From contig CAWDDG010000009.1 in assembly GCA_963801065.1 (NCBI GenBank), positions 18,721 through 82,720 on the forward strand: a stretch of 64,000 nucleotides of DNA, in the 5' to 3' direction. Every line of letters starts with the position of its first letter. Position 1 is the first letter of the stretch. Of the stretch, positions 10,099 through 19,260 are shown one piece after another. The DNA comes from an uncultured Actinomycetota bacterium (GTDB lineage Bacteria > Actinomycetota > Actinomycetes > Jiangellales > Jiangellaceae). Under the pieces are notes generated by a model. It saw only the letters and a program-made list of their open reading frames with translations. It did not search any database and had not been told where the DNA came from. The translations under genes were made by a program, and so were the position numbers.

Positions 10099-10768
10099 TC
10101 AGCCCTGGTCGAGGATGCGCTGCACGTTGTCGTTGGCGGTAGCGAGCAGCTGGTCCACGTCCGCGTCCTGGTCGGTCAGGATCGTCTGCACGACGGAGTC
10201 GAGCGCCGCGTAGAGCTCCTGGGTGTGCGCCCCGGCTCGGCGACGAGCTGTTGGTCGAAGACACCGTCGGTGAACGAGGTCATCTGGTCCAGCGGCACGT
10301 TGATGTGCGCGGCAATCCACTCGAGCGACTGGTCGAGCATCTCCTGTTTGAAGACCGGCAGCTTGGGCGTGTCGACCGGCTGCCCCGAGTCGGCCAGTCC
10401 CTTGGCGCCCAGCACGGCCGTGTCCTGGTCGGTCTGCTTGCGCATGTAGTAGTAGTCGATCCACTTGATGGCGGCGTTCTTCTCCGACTCGGAGGCCTTG
10501 GCACTCACCACGATGAGCGTCCCGCCACCCAGGATGCCGGCGTCCGGGCTGCTGTCGAGCGGCAGCACGGCCAGCCCGTGGTGCCGGGCGTGATGTTGTT
10601 CTCCCGCTTGAAGCTGGTGTAGACGTCCGAACCGCCCATGTACATGCCGATCTGGCCGACAGCGAAGGCCTGGTCGATGCCACCCCAGTCGTAGAGGAAC
10701 TCGCTACCCATGGAGTTGTCGGCCGCCGCATTCGTGGAGCCGCTCCGGAAGGCCCATGCGGAGGGCGG
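10099..10768 (-). pseudogene. ABC transporter sugar/solute-binding protein, N-terminally truncated with two frameshifts
   Basis: Three minus-strand frames join into one solute-binding-protein C-terminal half: ...NSMGSEFLYDWGGIDQAFAVGQIGMYMGGSDVYTSFKRENNITPG / LPLDSSPDAGILGGGTLIVVSAKASESEKNAAIKWIDYYYM...FDQQLVAEP / ELYAALDSVVQTILTDQDADVDQLLATANDNVQRILDQG*. There is no signal peptide or N-terminal domain. Confidence 0.75.
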
Positions 10769-10976
10769 CTACGCCCAGGTCGGAGTGCCGATCGGCACCG
10801 GCTCGAGCGCGGTCGTCCCACCCGGCGGCTAGCGGCCGAGATCAAGATCGGCGGGCCGGGGATCGTGGGGATCATCAGGAACCTCGACCTCCTTCCGTCG
10901 TCGCCGGTCGAGGAGCTGAAGAAGATCCTGCCGCCCGATCCCACGGGTTTCACCCCGCGCGACACAAGCCGGCGCG

Positions 10977-12208
10977 ATGGCAAGTCCAGATGATCAGGCC
11001 GTGAGCGACGACGAACCGCCGGCCCCGGCGCCTCTGCCTCCGACCTCGGGACCCGACGCGTTGGCCACCGCACCGGCGTGGTTGGAACCGATGCTGCGGC
11101 GCCTGCTGTGGCGGGCGATCGGCGTGCTGGCAGTGGCCGGGCTGCTGTTCCTGCTCGTGAGCAGGCTGCGCGGGCTGCTGTCGATAATGGTGATCGCGGC
11201 GTTCCTCGCGGTGGCGATGGAGCCGGCCGTGAACCGGCTGCACGTGCGTCACCGGCTCTCTCGTGGTGCCTCGACCGGGTTGGTCTTCCTCGCCGTCGCG
11301 GGCTTCGTCATCGTCACCATCTTCCTGTTGATCCCCGCGATCATCACGGCCGCGGAAACCATCGCGGCGAGGCTGCCGCGACTGCTCGACGAGATCCGGA
11401 CGACGTTCGGGATCAGCATCGGCGACGCCCGGACCGGCGAGGCAGCGGCCGCCGAGATCGAGGAGTCCGTGCGCGGGTGGCTGCAGGACCGCACGCCGCA
11501 GCTGCTGGGACTGGCCTCGAGCGCAGTGGGACTGGCCTTCCAGCTGCTCACTGTCGCAACGTTCACGTTCTACTTCGCGGCGGGCGCGCCGACGCTCCGG
11601 CGCACAGTGCTCACCCGGCTACCCTCGGCTCGACAGAACCGGCTGGGCTGGGCGTGGGACACCGCGATCCAACAGACCGGAGGCTACTTCTACTCCCGGC
11701 TGCTCCTCACGCTCGTCAACGGCGGGCTCGGGTTCTTCGTCCTCGTCGCCGTCGGGGTGCCATGGCTCGTGTCGCTCCCTCTGGCCATCTTCCAAGGTTT
11801 CTTTTCCGAGTTCATCCCCGTGGTCGGCACCTACATCGGGGCCGCCGTCCCCGTAGCCGTGACCTCGGCCTCGCCGGGGTGGCGCCCGCAGTGATCCTCA
11901 CCGTGTGGGTGGTGGTGTACCAACAGCTGTGGCTGGCACCGCGCCTCAGTGCCCGGACGATGGAGATCAACGGAGCCGTCGCCTTCGGCGCAGCCATCGC
12001 CGGCGGCGCCGCGGCCGGTCCCGTAGGCGCGTTCATGGCCCTTCCCGTCGCAGCGCTCATCACCTCCTTCGTCCGCACCTACACCCGCCCCTACCCCCTG
12101 GCGTACCACTCCGCCTACGACCAGGAACCCGTGAACGGGGCGGCACCCTCAGGTACTGAAGGTGAGCGAGCCGCAGACCTGGACGCCAGGTCGAGCGACG
12201 AGAGCTGA
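10977..12208 (+). pseudogene. AI-2E family (PerM/UPF0118) transporter with one frameshift near 11860-11880
   Basis: ORF 10977..11894 (...FQGFFSEFIPVVGTYIGAAVPVAVT) continues in ORF 11078..12208 (LGLAGVAPAVILTVWVVVYQQLWLAPRLSARTMEINGAVAFGAAIAGG...ALPVAALI). Together they make a normal AI-2E permease. This is either a real frameshift or a sequencing error. Confidence 0.7.
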
Positions 12209-12267
12209 CCTGCAGCATTCGGCCACCGACGCTCGTCGGGTTCGACCCGCTCTCCATCCAACGTCAG

Positions 12268-12276
12268 TGGTAATAT
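12268..12276 (+). promoter_or_regulatory. extended -10 (TGgTAATAT) placed for a leaderless vapB transcript
   Basis: TAATAT at 12271-12276 is preceded by TGG. Six nt separate it from the vapB ATG (12283), and there is no Shine-Dalgarno. Confidence 0.4.
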
Positions 12277-12282
12277 CCCGGC

Positions 12283-12516
12283 ATGAGGGCAACCATCGAC
12301 AAGGCGGGACGGTTGGTCATTCCGAAGCCACTGCGTGACCAACTCGGGCTCCGCGCCGGCGAGGTTGACGTGGTCGCGGACGGAACAGCGCTACGCGTTG
12401 AACCCGTGGCGGACGAGGCCCTCGACGAGCGGGCCGGTCGGCTGATCATCCCCGCGGCAGGTGCAGTGATCGACGACCAAGACGTGCAAGAGCTTCGCGA
12501 TGCCGACCAGAGGTAG
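12283..12516 (+). CDS. vapB: AbrB/MazE/SpoVT-type antitoxin
   Basis: 77 aa. MRATIDKAGRLVIPKPLRDQLGL..G..V is a typical swapped-hairpin antitoxin N-terminus. It overlaps the downstream PIN gene by 17 nt. Confidence 0.8.
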   Translation: MRATIDKAGRLVIPKPLRDQLGLRAGEVDVVADGTALRVEPVADEALDERAGRLIIPAAGAVIDDQDVQELRDADQR

Positions 12517-12928
12517 CCGAGAGCCGGTCCTGCTCGACACCAGCGCGGCGGTCGCGTTTGTCGTTGCCGACCACAGACATCACGACGCGACCTTCGCGGC
12601 CTTGGCCGATCGGCGGCTCGGCCTGGCCGGACACGCCGCCTTCGAAACCTTCTCCGTGTTGACCCGCCTCCCCACCCCGGCCCGGCGCACGGCAGCCGCT
12701 GTTGCACGGCTGTTCGCTGCCACCTTTCCGGATACCCGGTTCCTCAGTGCGAAGCGATCGGCAGAACTGCTCGACGAACTGGCCGGCCACGGAATCGCGG
12801 GCGGGTCGGTGTACGACGCTCTGGTGGGCGCGGCCGCCGCAGAGCACGAGCTCCTGCTGGCGACGCGGGATCGTCGAGCCCTTGGCACCTACCGCCAGCT
12901 CGGTGTCGACGTCCAGATCATCCGCTGA
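12500..12928 (+). CDS. vapC: PIN-domain ribonuclease toxin
   Basis: 142 aa. Acidic PIN residues sit in LLDTSAAVAF, HAAFETFSVLTRLP, SVYDALVGAAA and LLATRDRRA. Confidence 0.85.
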   Translation: MPTRGSREPVLLDTSAAVAFVVADHRHHDATFAALADRRLGLAGHAAFETFSVLTRLPTPARRTAAAVARLFAATFPDTRFLSAKRSAELLDELAGHGIAGGSVYDALVGAAAAEHELLLATRDRRALGTYRQLGVDVQIIR

Positions 12929-13038
12929 TCGCGGCACGACCGACAGGCACAATCCTGGAGCCACCTGCAGGCGGGGCGGACGTCGACGTGTCCAGAGGAC
13001 CGCGTCACGCCGGGTGTAAGCACGCCGTCAGCAGGACC

Positions 13039-13584
13039 CTAGGACCGCCACTTGATGGAGCAGCCCATGCTCGGCCGATGCGGCTCAGGAACGAGCTCAC
13101 CGGCGCGCACGTGCCTGATGGCGGCCTCGAGGAGCGCGCCGGTGACCGGTTTGCCGTTGCCTGGGGTCGACTCGTCGAAAGCACCACGGTAGGCCAGCCG
13201 CCGATCCGCGTCGTAGAGAAAGAAGTCCGGCGTGCACGCTGCGGCGTAGGCACGGCCGACCGTCTGATCGCTGTCGACCAGGTACGGAAACGTCCACGAT
13301 GCACGCCGCGCTTGATCCGCCAACCGCTCAGGCCGGTCTTCGGGGTACGCCTCCGCGTCATTCGTGCAGACACCCACGACCGCCAGGCTCGGGTGTCTGG
13401 CGACCATCCGGCCCAACTCGCCCTCGACGTGCCGAACATACGGGCAGTGGTTGCACAAGAACGCGACCAACAGCGCGGGCGCCGCGACGAGATCGTCGAG
13501 ACGCACCGTGCGGCCGGTGACATCGTCGAGGCTGAAATCCAACGCCGGCGTGCCAAGCGGCACCATCACCGACGAGACGGCCAT
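13039..13584 (-). CDS. thioredoxin-fold thiol-disulfide oxidoreductase (redoxin family)
   Basis: This is the C-terminal 181 aa of ORF 13039..14100, from the ATG at 13584. It has the CxxC motif in LVAFLCNHCPYV. A -10-like TAGGCT lies 7 nt upstream of the ATG. Confidence 0.8.
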   Translation of the reverse strand: MAVSSVMVPLGTPALDFSLDDVTGRTVRLDDLVAAPALLVAFLCNHCPYVRHVEGELGRMVARHPSLAVVGVCTNDAEAYPEDRPERLADQARRASWTFPYLVDSDQTVGRAYAAACTPDFFLYDADRRLAYRGAFDESTPGNGKPVTGALLEAAIRHVRAGELVPEPHRPSMGCSIKWRS

Positions 13585-13616
13585 GCTGGTCAGCCTACAA
13601 AGAAAGCCGGCGACGT

Positions 13617-14190
13617 CATCAGTCGTCGTCGGCGGCCGTGACGATCTCCCGCGCAGCTCCGCGGATCGTTCGTCGTTCCATCCGGGCGGCCGAAGCACCG
13701 TCGCCCACCCGTCGACGTGTTCGCCGCTGTAATCGTGCCCGTGCCCGCCCGGTACGGCCAGGCCGATCGGCAGGTCAGCCGTGACCTGCCAGAAGGTGAC
13801 GAACGGGATCCAGACCATCGCGTCGAGAACGTCGGCGCCGGCGGGTTCCTCGAGCCAGTCCGGACGGGTCAGCAGCAGGTCTGGACTCCACCAGATGATG
13901 GGGTCGGAGGGGTGTACGAGGTAGAGCACCCGGGTTCGGGTCCAGCGCTCCGATGCCGGTGCGATCTCCTGGCCGGTCGGGCCGTGAACCGGACGGTCTG
14001 GCCATTGTGGACGATCGGTTCGATCTCGGGGCTGCCATCCTCCCGGTCGTCGGTGAACTCTCGATAGAGCGTGTTGAAGTCGGGCTGAACTCGCCCGCAT
14101 ACGGGAGCGACTCGACCTGCTCGCTCAGCTTGGCGGGCTGTCCGTTCTCGATCAGCGCCTTGCCATCGGTGAAGGGAAGATCGAAACACC
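13617..14190 (-). pseudogene. decayed C-terminal remnant of an alpha/beta-hydrolase (Abhydrolase_9-like) gene
   Basis: RVLYLVHPSDPIIWWSPDLLLTRPDWLEEP.GADVLDAMVWIPFVTFWQVTADLPIGLAVPGGHGHDYSGEHVDGWATVL resembles the conserved C-terminus of that family. Upstream pieces (DFNTLYREFTDDREDGSPEIEPIVHNGQTVRF; FDLPFTDGKALIENGQPAKLSEQVESLPY) lie in two other frames. A further shift near 13650 would restore a stop (...AELRREIVTAADDD*). The N-terminal part of the gene is absent, and the boundaries are approximate. Confidence 0.5.
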
Positions 14191-14395
14191 GTAGGCAGCG
14201 CTGACGCCCACGCAAGGGACGGTTCGTGATCGCCGCATCACCTATCGGAGTGGGCCGGTTGGCACGCCATACCGCTGTTAATGGCACGCCCCACCGTTGC
14301 TCAGCCGCCCGACTTGTCCCCGTATGTGGAGCGGTCATGCGTGCCATTCGGGCCTCGAGAGGCGACACCAACCCAAGACAGGTTGCGCGACGGTC

Positions 14396-16348
14396 TCACA
14401 CGACAGCGAGGGGAAGGAGCTTTCGGCCGGTCGGGCCGATCTGGATCTCGGTGCCCAACTGAGGGCAGACGCCGCAGTCGAAACACGGCGTCCAGCGGCA
14501 ATCCTCGACCTCGACCTCGTCGACCGCGTCCTGCCAGTCCTCCCAGAGCCAGTCGCGGTCGAGCCCTGAGTCGAGGTGGTCCCATGGCAGCACCTCGGCG
14601 TACCCGCGTTCCCGAATGGTGTACCAGTCAAGATCGACCGGCTGGTCGGCGAGCGCCGACCTGGTGGCCGCGACCCAGCGCCCGTACGAGAAGTGCTCGC
14701 TCCACCCGTCGAATCGGCCGCCGTCCTCCCACGCCGCACGGATCACGCGGCCGACCCGGCGGTCGCCACGCGAGAGCAGGCCCTCGATCACGCTGGGCTT
14801 GCCGTCGTGGTAGCGGAAACCGATCGCCTTGGCGTACCGGCGGTCCCCGCGGATGGCGTCGCGGAGCTTGGCCAACCGGCCATCGACGGTTTCGTGGTCG
14901 CACTGCGCCGCCCACTGGAACGGCGTGTGCGGCTTCGGGATGAAGCCGCCGATCGAGACCGTGCAGCGGATGTCGCGGTGGCCCGAAGCCTCGCGGCCGG
15001 TGGCGATGACCTTCTTGGCCAGATCGGCGATCGCGAGCACGTCGTCGTCCGTCTCGGTCGGCAGGCCGCACATGAAGTAGAGCTTCACCTGGCGCCAGCC
15101 GTGGCTGTAGGCCGTCGCGACCGTTCGGAGCAGGTCCTCCTCGGTGACCATCTTGTTGATCACCTTGCGCATCCGCTCCGAGCCGCCCTCTGGCGCGAAC
15201 GTCAGACCGGACCGCCGGCCGTTGCGGGACAGCTCGTTCGCGAGCGTGACGTTGAACGCATCCACCCGCGTCGACGGCAGAGATAGCGAGACGTTGGTGC
15301 CCTCGTAGCGGTCGGCCAGCCCCGTCGCGATCTCACTGATCTCGGAGTGGTCGGCGCTCGACAGCGAGAGAAGGCCGACCTCTTCGAACCCGGACCGCTC
15401 CAGGCCGGTGTGGACCATCTCGCCGACGGTCGTGACCGACCGCTCCCTGACCGGCCGGGTGATCATGCCGGCCTGACAGAACCGGCAGCCGCGGGTGCAG
15501 CCACGGAAGATCTCGACGCTGAAGCGCTCGTGGACGGTCTCGGCGAGTGGCACCAGCGGATTGCGCGGGTAAGGCCACGAGTCGAGGTCCATGACGGTGT
15601 GCTTGTGCACCCGCCACGGGACGCCGGGCCGGTTGGGTGCCACCCGCTGGATCCGACCGTCCGGAAGGTACGACACGTCGTAGAACTTCGGGACGTAGAC
15701 GCCGCCGCCGGCGGCCAGGCGCAGGAGCAACTCGTCGCGTCCTCCGGGCCGGCCTTCGGCCTTCCACTCCCGGACGACCTCGGTGATCGCGAGGACGATC
15801 TCCTCACCGTCGCCCAGCACGGCCGCGTCGAGGAAGTCGGCGATCGGCTCCGGGTTGAAGGCGGCGTGGCCTCCGGCGATCACGATCGGGCTCTCATCGG
15901 TGCGGTCGACTGCCTCCAGGGGGATCCCGGCCAGGTCCAGCGCCGTGAGCATGTTCGTGTAGCCGAGCTCGGTGGCGAAGGAGATGCCGAGCAAGTCGAA
16001 CGCCGCGACCGGCCGATGGGCGTCGACGGTGAACTGGCCGATGCTGTGTTCGCGCATCAGTGCCTCGAGGTCGGGCCAGACGGCGTACGTGCGCTCGGCC
16101 AGCACGCCGTCGCGCTCGTTGAGCACTTCATAGAGGATCTGCACACCCTGGTTCGGTAGGCCCACCTCGTACGCATCGGGGTACATCAGGGCCCACCGGA
16201 CCGTCGCGTCGTCGGCGCCCCAGTCCTTCACGGTCGCGTTGAGCTCCCCCCCGACGTACTGGATCGGTTTCTGCACCAACGGCAGCAGCGGCTCGAGCCG
16301 CGGGAACAACGACTCGACAGAGGCCTGGATGGACCCCGTGGTGGGCAT
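14396..16348 (-). CDS. TIGR03960-type B12-binding-domain radical SAM protein
   Basis: ORF 14396..16498(-), start placed at the ATG at 16348 (MPTTGSIQASVESLFPRLEPLLPLVQKPIQYVGGELN...). It has the radical SAM cluster motif FRGCTRGCRFCQAG. Confidence 0.9.
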   Translation of the reverse strand: MPTTGSIQASVESLFPRLEPLLPLVQKPIQYVGGELNATVKDWGADDATVRWALMYPDAYEVGLPNQGVQILYEVLNERDGVLAERTYAVWPDLEALMREHSIGQFTVDAHRPVAAFDLLGISFATELGYTNMLTALDLAGIPLEAVDRTDESPIVIAGGHAAFNPEPIADFLDAAVLGDGEEIVLAITEVVREWKAEGRPGGRDELLLRLAAGGGVYVPKFYDVSYLPDGRIQRVAPNRPGVPWRVHKHTVMDLDSWPYPRNPLVPLAETVHERFSVEIFRGCTRGCRFCQAGMITRPVRERSVTTVGEMVHTGLERSGFEEVGLLSLSSADHSEISEIATGLADRYEGTNVSLSLPSTRVDAFNVTLANELSRNGRRSGLTFAPEGGSERMRKVINKMVTEEDLLRTVATAYSHGWRQVKLYFMCGLPTETDDDVLAIADLAKKVIATGREASGHRDIRCTVSIGGFIPKPHTPFQWAAQCDHETVDGRLAKLRDAIRGDRRYAKAIGFRYHDGKPSVIEGLLSRGDRRVGRVIRAAWEDGGRFDGWSEHFSYGRWVAATRSALADQPVDLDWYTIRERGYAEVLPWDHLDSGLDRDWLWEDWQDAVDEVEVEDCRWTPCFDCGVCPQLGTEIQIGPTGRKLLPLAVV

Positions 16349-16481
16349 CAACCTTGCCTTCCGGACACGGGTGGGGTCGTGCACCAGGGTAGCCGCCGTG
16401 GGGATGGAGCCCGCGCCGTACGTGACAGCTGTCCGGAATGCCTGGCAGGTCCTATGCTCGCCCCCACCGAGGGGAGCCATC

Positions 16482-17294
16482 GTGACGACACCGGGCACAC
16501 GCGCGGAGATCGGCGTGATCGGCGGGTCCGGGCTCTACTCGCTCCTCAGGGGCGCCAGCGAGGTGGACGTCGACACCCCGTACGGCCGGCCCAGCGACTC
16601 CATCACCCTGGGCCAGGTCGACGACCGCGCAGTCGCGTTCCTGCCCAGACACGGCCGCGGGCACCGGCTGCCACCCCACCGCATCCCCTACCGCGCGAAT
16701 CTGTGGGCGCTGCGCTCCCTCGGCGTGCGCCAGGTGATCGCACCGTACGCGGTCGGTAGCCTGCGTCCCGACCTAGGACCGGGGACCTTCGTCGTCCCCG
16801 ACCAGCTCGTCGACCGGACCGAAGGCCGGATCCAGACCTTCTACGATCAGGGCGCGGTGCACGTGCCCTTCGCCGATCCGTACTGCCCCGCCGGCCGTGC
16901 CACCGTACTGAAGCAGGCGACGGCAGGTGGGCTGGACCCGGTCGACGGCGGCACGATCGTCGTCGTCGAGGGGCCCCGTTTCTCCACCCGGGCCGAGTCA
17001 CGATGGTTCGCCGCACAGGGGTGGTCCCTCGTCAACATGACGGGCCATCCTGAAGCGGCCCTGGCCCGGGAGCTCGCCCTGTGCTTCACCGCGGTCGCAC
17101 TCGTCACCGACCTCGATGCGGGAACGGACCCCGGCGACACCGTCACGCAGGACGAGGTGTTCCGCGTGTTCGCGGCGAACACCGAGCGGGTACGCAACCT
17201 CGCGCTCCGTACGGTTGTTGCGCTGGATCTCGATCGACCGTGCCCCTGCTCCCACGCCCTCGACGGGATCCGGCTGCCGGTGGACCTCCCGTGA
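16482..17294 (+). CDS. mtnP: S-methyl-5'-thioadenosine phosphorylase
   Basis: This is the in-frame part of ORF 16239..17294 from the GTG at 16482, with GAGGGGA upstream. IGVIGGSGLY...TPYGRPS...FLPRHGRGHRLPPHRIPYRANLWALRSLGV...PDQLVDRT are MTAP hallmarks. Confidence 0.9.
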   Translation: MTTPGTRAEIGVIGGSGLYSLLRGASEVDVDTPYGRPSDSITLGQVDDRAVAFLPRHGRGHRLPPHRIPYRANLWALRSLGVRQVIAPYAVGSLRPDLGPGTFVVPDQLVDRTEGRIQTFYDQGAVHVPFADPYCPAGRATVLKQATAGGLDPVDGGTIVVVEGPRFSTRAESRWFAAQGWSLVNMTGHPEAALARELALCFTAVALVTDLDAGTDPGDTVTQDEVFRVFAANTERVRNLALRTVVALDLDRPCPCSHALDGIRLPVDLP

Positions 17295-17395
17295 CGAATT
17301 CCTTACAGCCGTCGTGGGATCGCTGACCACGCGACGTGGCCGGGGCCGCCCTCGCGGCAGTCGACGCCCGGCAGACATCGAGATCCGATCGTTGA

Positions 17396-18424
17396 TCACG
17401 ACGCGGCCGTGGGCAGGCGCACGGTGAATCGGCAGCCGCCGTCGGTGTTCGCCACCGCGACCTCCCCGCCGTGGACGTCGACCAGGCCGCGCACGATCGC
17501 GAGTCCGAGACCGCCACCGCCCGTCGGCGCGACCGCATCGTTCTCCGGGCTCCGCGCGGCTGCTCCTCGGAACGCGACGTCGAACACGCGAGGTAGGTCG
17601 GACTCGGGGATTCCACCGCAGCCGTCGGTGACGGCGACCCAGCCGCCGCGACCGTCGGTGCCGCCGTGGACTCGGACGACGCCGTCAGCGGGCGTGTGCC
17701 GGATCGCGTTGAGCAACAGGTTGGCGAGCACCCGGCCCAGCTCCGGCTCGCTTCCCCGGACCGTGGCGTACCCGGACGGCGCGGCCTCGAGCCGGACCCG
17801 CTTCGCGTCCGCGACGGGAGCCGCCGCCCCGACCGCGTCTGAGACGACCTCGGCGAGAGGAACGTTCTGCAGCGTGATGTGCAGCGCACCGGCGTTGATC
17901 CGGGAAAGTTCGAACAGGTCGTCGACGAGTCCCGACACCCGGTCGGTCTCCACGCGCATCCGCCGGTGGTAGTCGGCAACCGTGGCCGGGTCCTCGACAA
18001 CACGGTCCTCGAGGGCCTCGGCCATGGCCCGGAGGCCGGCGAGCGGCGTCCGCAGGTCGTGCGACACCCAGGCGACGAGCTGCCGCCGGCTGTCCTCCAG
18101 CCGGCGTTCGCGCTCGCGGGCATCGGCCGCCCAGACGCTCGCCCGGGCAAGGCGCCGACCCGACCACAGGGCGAGGCCGAGGCTCACCGCACCGGCGGCC
18201 ACGAGCACGACGAGAAGCACCTCCAGGTCGTGCTCGCTGATGAACATCGCCTCGGCAACCGCGACCACGCCGGCGACGACCGCGAGCACGGTGGTCGCGA
18301 GCAGCACGGCTACGTGTGCGGTCACCGATCGTCCGCGCAACCGGCCCAGCACGAGCAGGCCGGCGACACCCACGAGGCCCGAGCCGGCGAGAGCGAGGAG
18401 CGACACCACCACGAGATCAGGCAT
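17396..18424 (-). CDS. sensor histidine kinase (two TM helices, HisKA, HATPase_c)
   Basis: 342 aa with the H-box LVAWVSHDLRTPLAGL, the N-box LLLNAIRHTP and the G-box GGGLGLAIVRGLV. Confidence 0.86.
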   Translation of the reverse strand: MPDLVVVSLLALAGSGLVGVAGLLVLGRLRGRSVTAHVAVLLATTVLAVVAGVVAVAEAMFISEHDLEVLLVVLVAAGAVSLGLALWSGRRLARASVWAADARERERRLEDSRRQLVAWVSHDLRTPLAGLRAMAEALEDRVVEDPATVADYHRRMRVETDRVSGLVDDLFELSRINAGALHITLQNVPLAEVVSDAVGAAAPVADAKRVRLEAAPSGYATVRGSEPELGRVLANLLLNAIRHTPADGVVRVHGGTDGRGGWVAVTDGCGGIPESDLPRVFDVAFRGAAARSPENDAVAPTGGGGLGLAIVRGLVDVHGGEVAVANTDGGCRFTVRLPTAAS

Positions 18425-19145
18425 GAGCGTCCTCCATCGGTTCGTAGCGGTAGCCGATCCCCCAGACCGTGACGATGCGCCGCGGGTGCTGCGGTTCGTC
18501 CTCGACCTTCTCGCGCAGCCGCCGTACGTGCACGGTCACGGTGGCCTGGTCCCCGAAGCTCCACCCCCAGACCTGCTGCAGCAACTCGGTCCGGTTGAAC
18601 GCCCGCCGTGGATGGCGCAGGAAGTGCGTCAGCAGGTCGAACTCCCGAACCGTCAGTGCGAGCGGCCGTCCGCGCCGCTCGGCCGTGCGCGACACCAGGT
18701 CGAGCGAGAGGTCGCCGTCGACGAGCGGACCGGAGTCGGTACCGGGCTCCGCCCGACCGACCCGGCGCAGCACGGACTGGACGCGCAGCGCAAGCTCGCG
18801 CGGCGAGAACGGCTTGGTCACGTAGTCGTCCGCGCCGGTCTCGAAGCCGACCACGCGGTCGGACTCCTCCCCCAACGCCGTGAGCATCACGACAGGCACG
18901 TCGGACGAGCGACGCAGCCGGCGGCAGACCTCCAGGCCCGACATCCCGGGGAGCATGAGGTCGAGCACGACGAGGTCCGGCGGGTGCTCCGCGGCGATCG
19001 CGAGCGCCGTCGGCCCGTCGCCCGCCTTGTCGACGTCGAAACCGGCGCGTTCGAGATAGCGGCGCACGACGTCGCTCACCGTGGGGTCGTCGTCGACGAC
19101 GAGGACCCGCGCCCGCCTTCCGGCGTCGGGCCGCGGCATCACCAT
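18417..19145 (-). CDS. OmpR/PhoB-family response regulator
   Basis: 242 aa with a receiver domain (VLVVDDDP...DLVVLDLMLPGMSG) and a winged-helix output (LTVREFDLL..., TVWGIGYRY). It overlaps the kinase gene by 8 nt. Confidence 0.9.
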   Translation of the reverse strand: MVMPRPDAGRRARVLVVDDDPTVSDVVRRYLERAGFDVDKAGDGPTALAIAAEHPPDLVVLDLMLPGMSGLEVCRRLRRSSDVPVVMLTALGEESDRVVGFETGADDYVTKPFSPRELALRVQSVLRRVGRAEPGTDSGPLVDGDLSLDLVSRTAERRGRPLALTVREFDLLTHFLRHPRRAFNRTELLQQVWGWSFGDQATVTVHVRRLREKVEDEPQHPRRIVTVWGIGYRYEPMEDAHA

Positions 19146-19260
19146 CTCAGTGTCCCTGGCGTGTCATCAGCCCGAGGCTAGGTGCATGGACGCCGGCCGT
19201 GGTCTCGCGTTCGCGGACCGTAAGGTGCGGTCGCCGGTCGCCGCCCTACGTTCCCGCGTG

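Noticed and set aside
14260-14347. TGGCACGCC repeated three times. It was considered as sigma-54 type -24/-12 promoter elements.
   Set aside because: The spacing from TGGCAC to TTGC is 14 nt rather than the required GG-N10-GC, and Actinobacteria generally lack sigma-54. It is kept only as a possible border repeat of the accessory segment.
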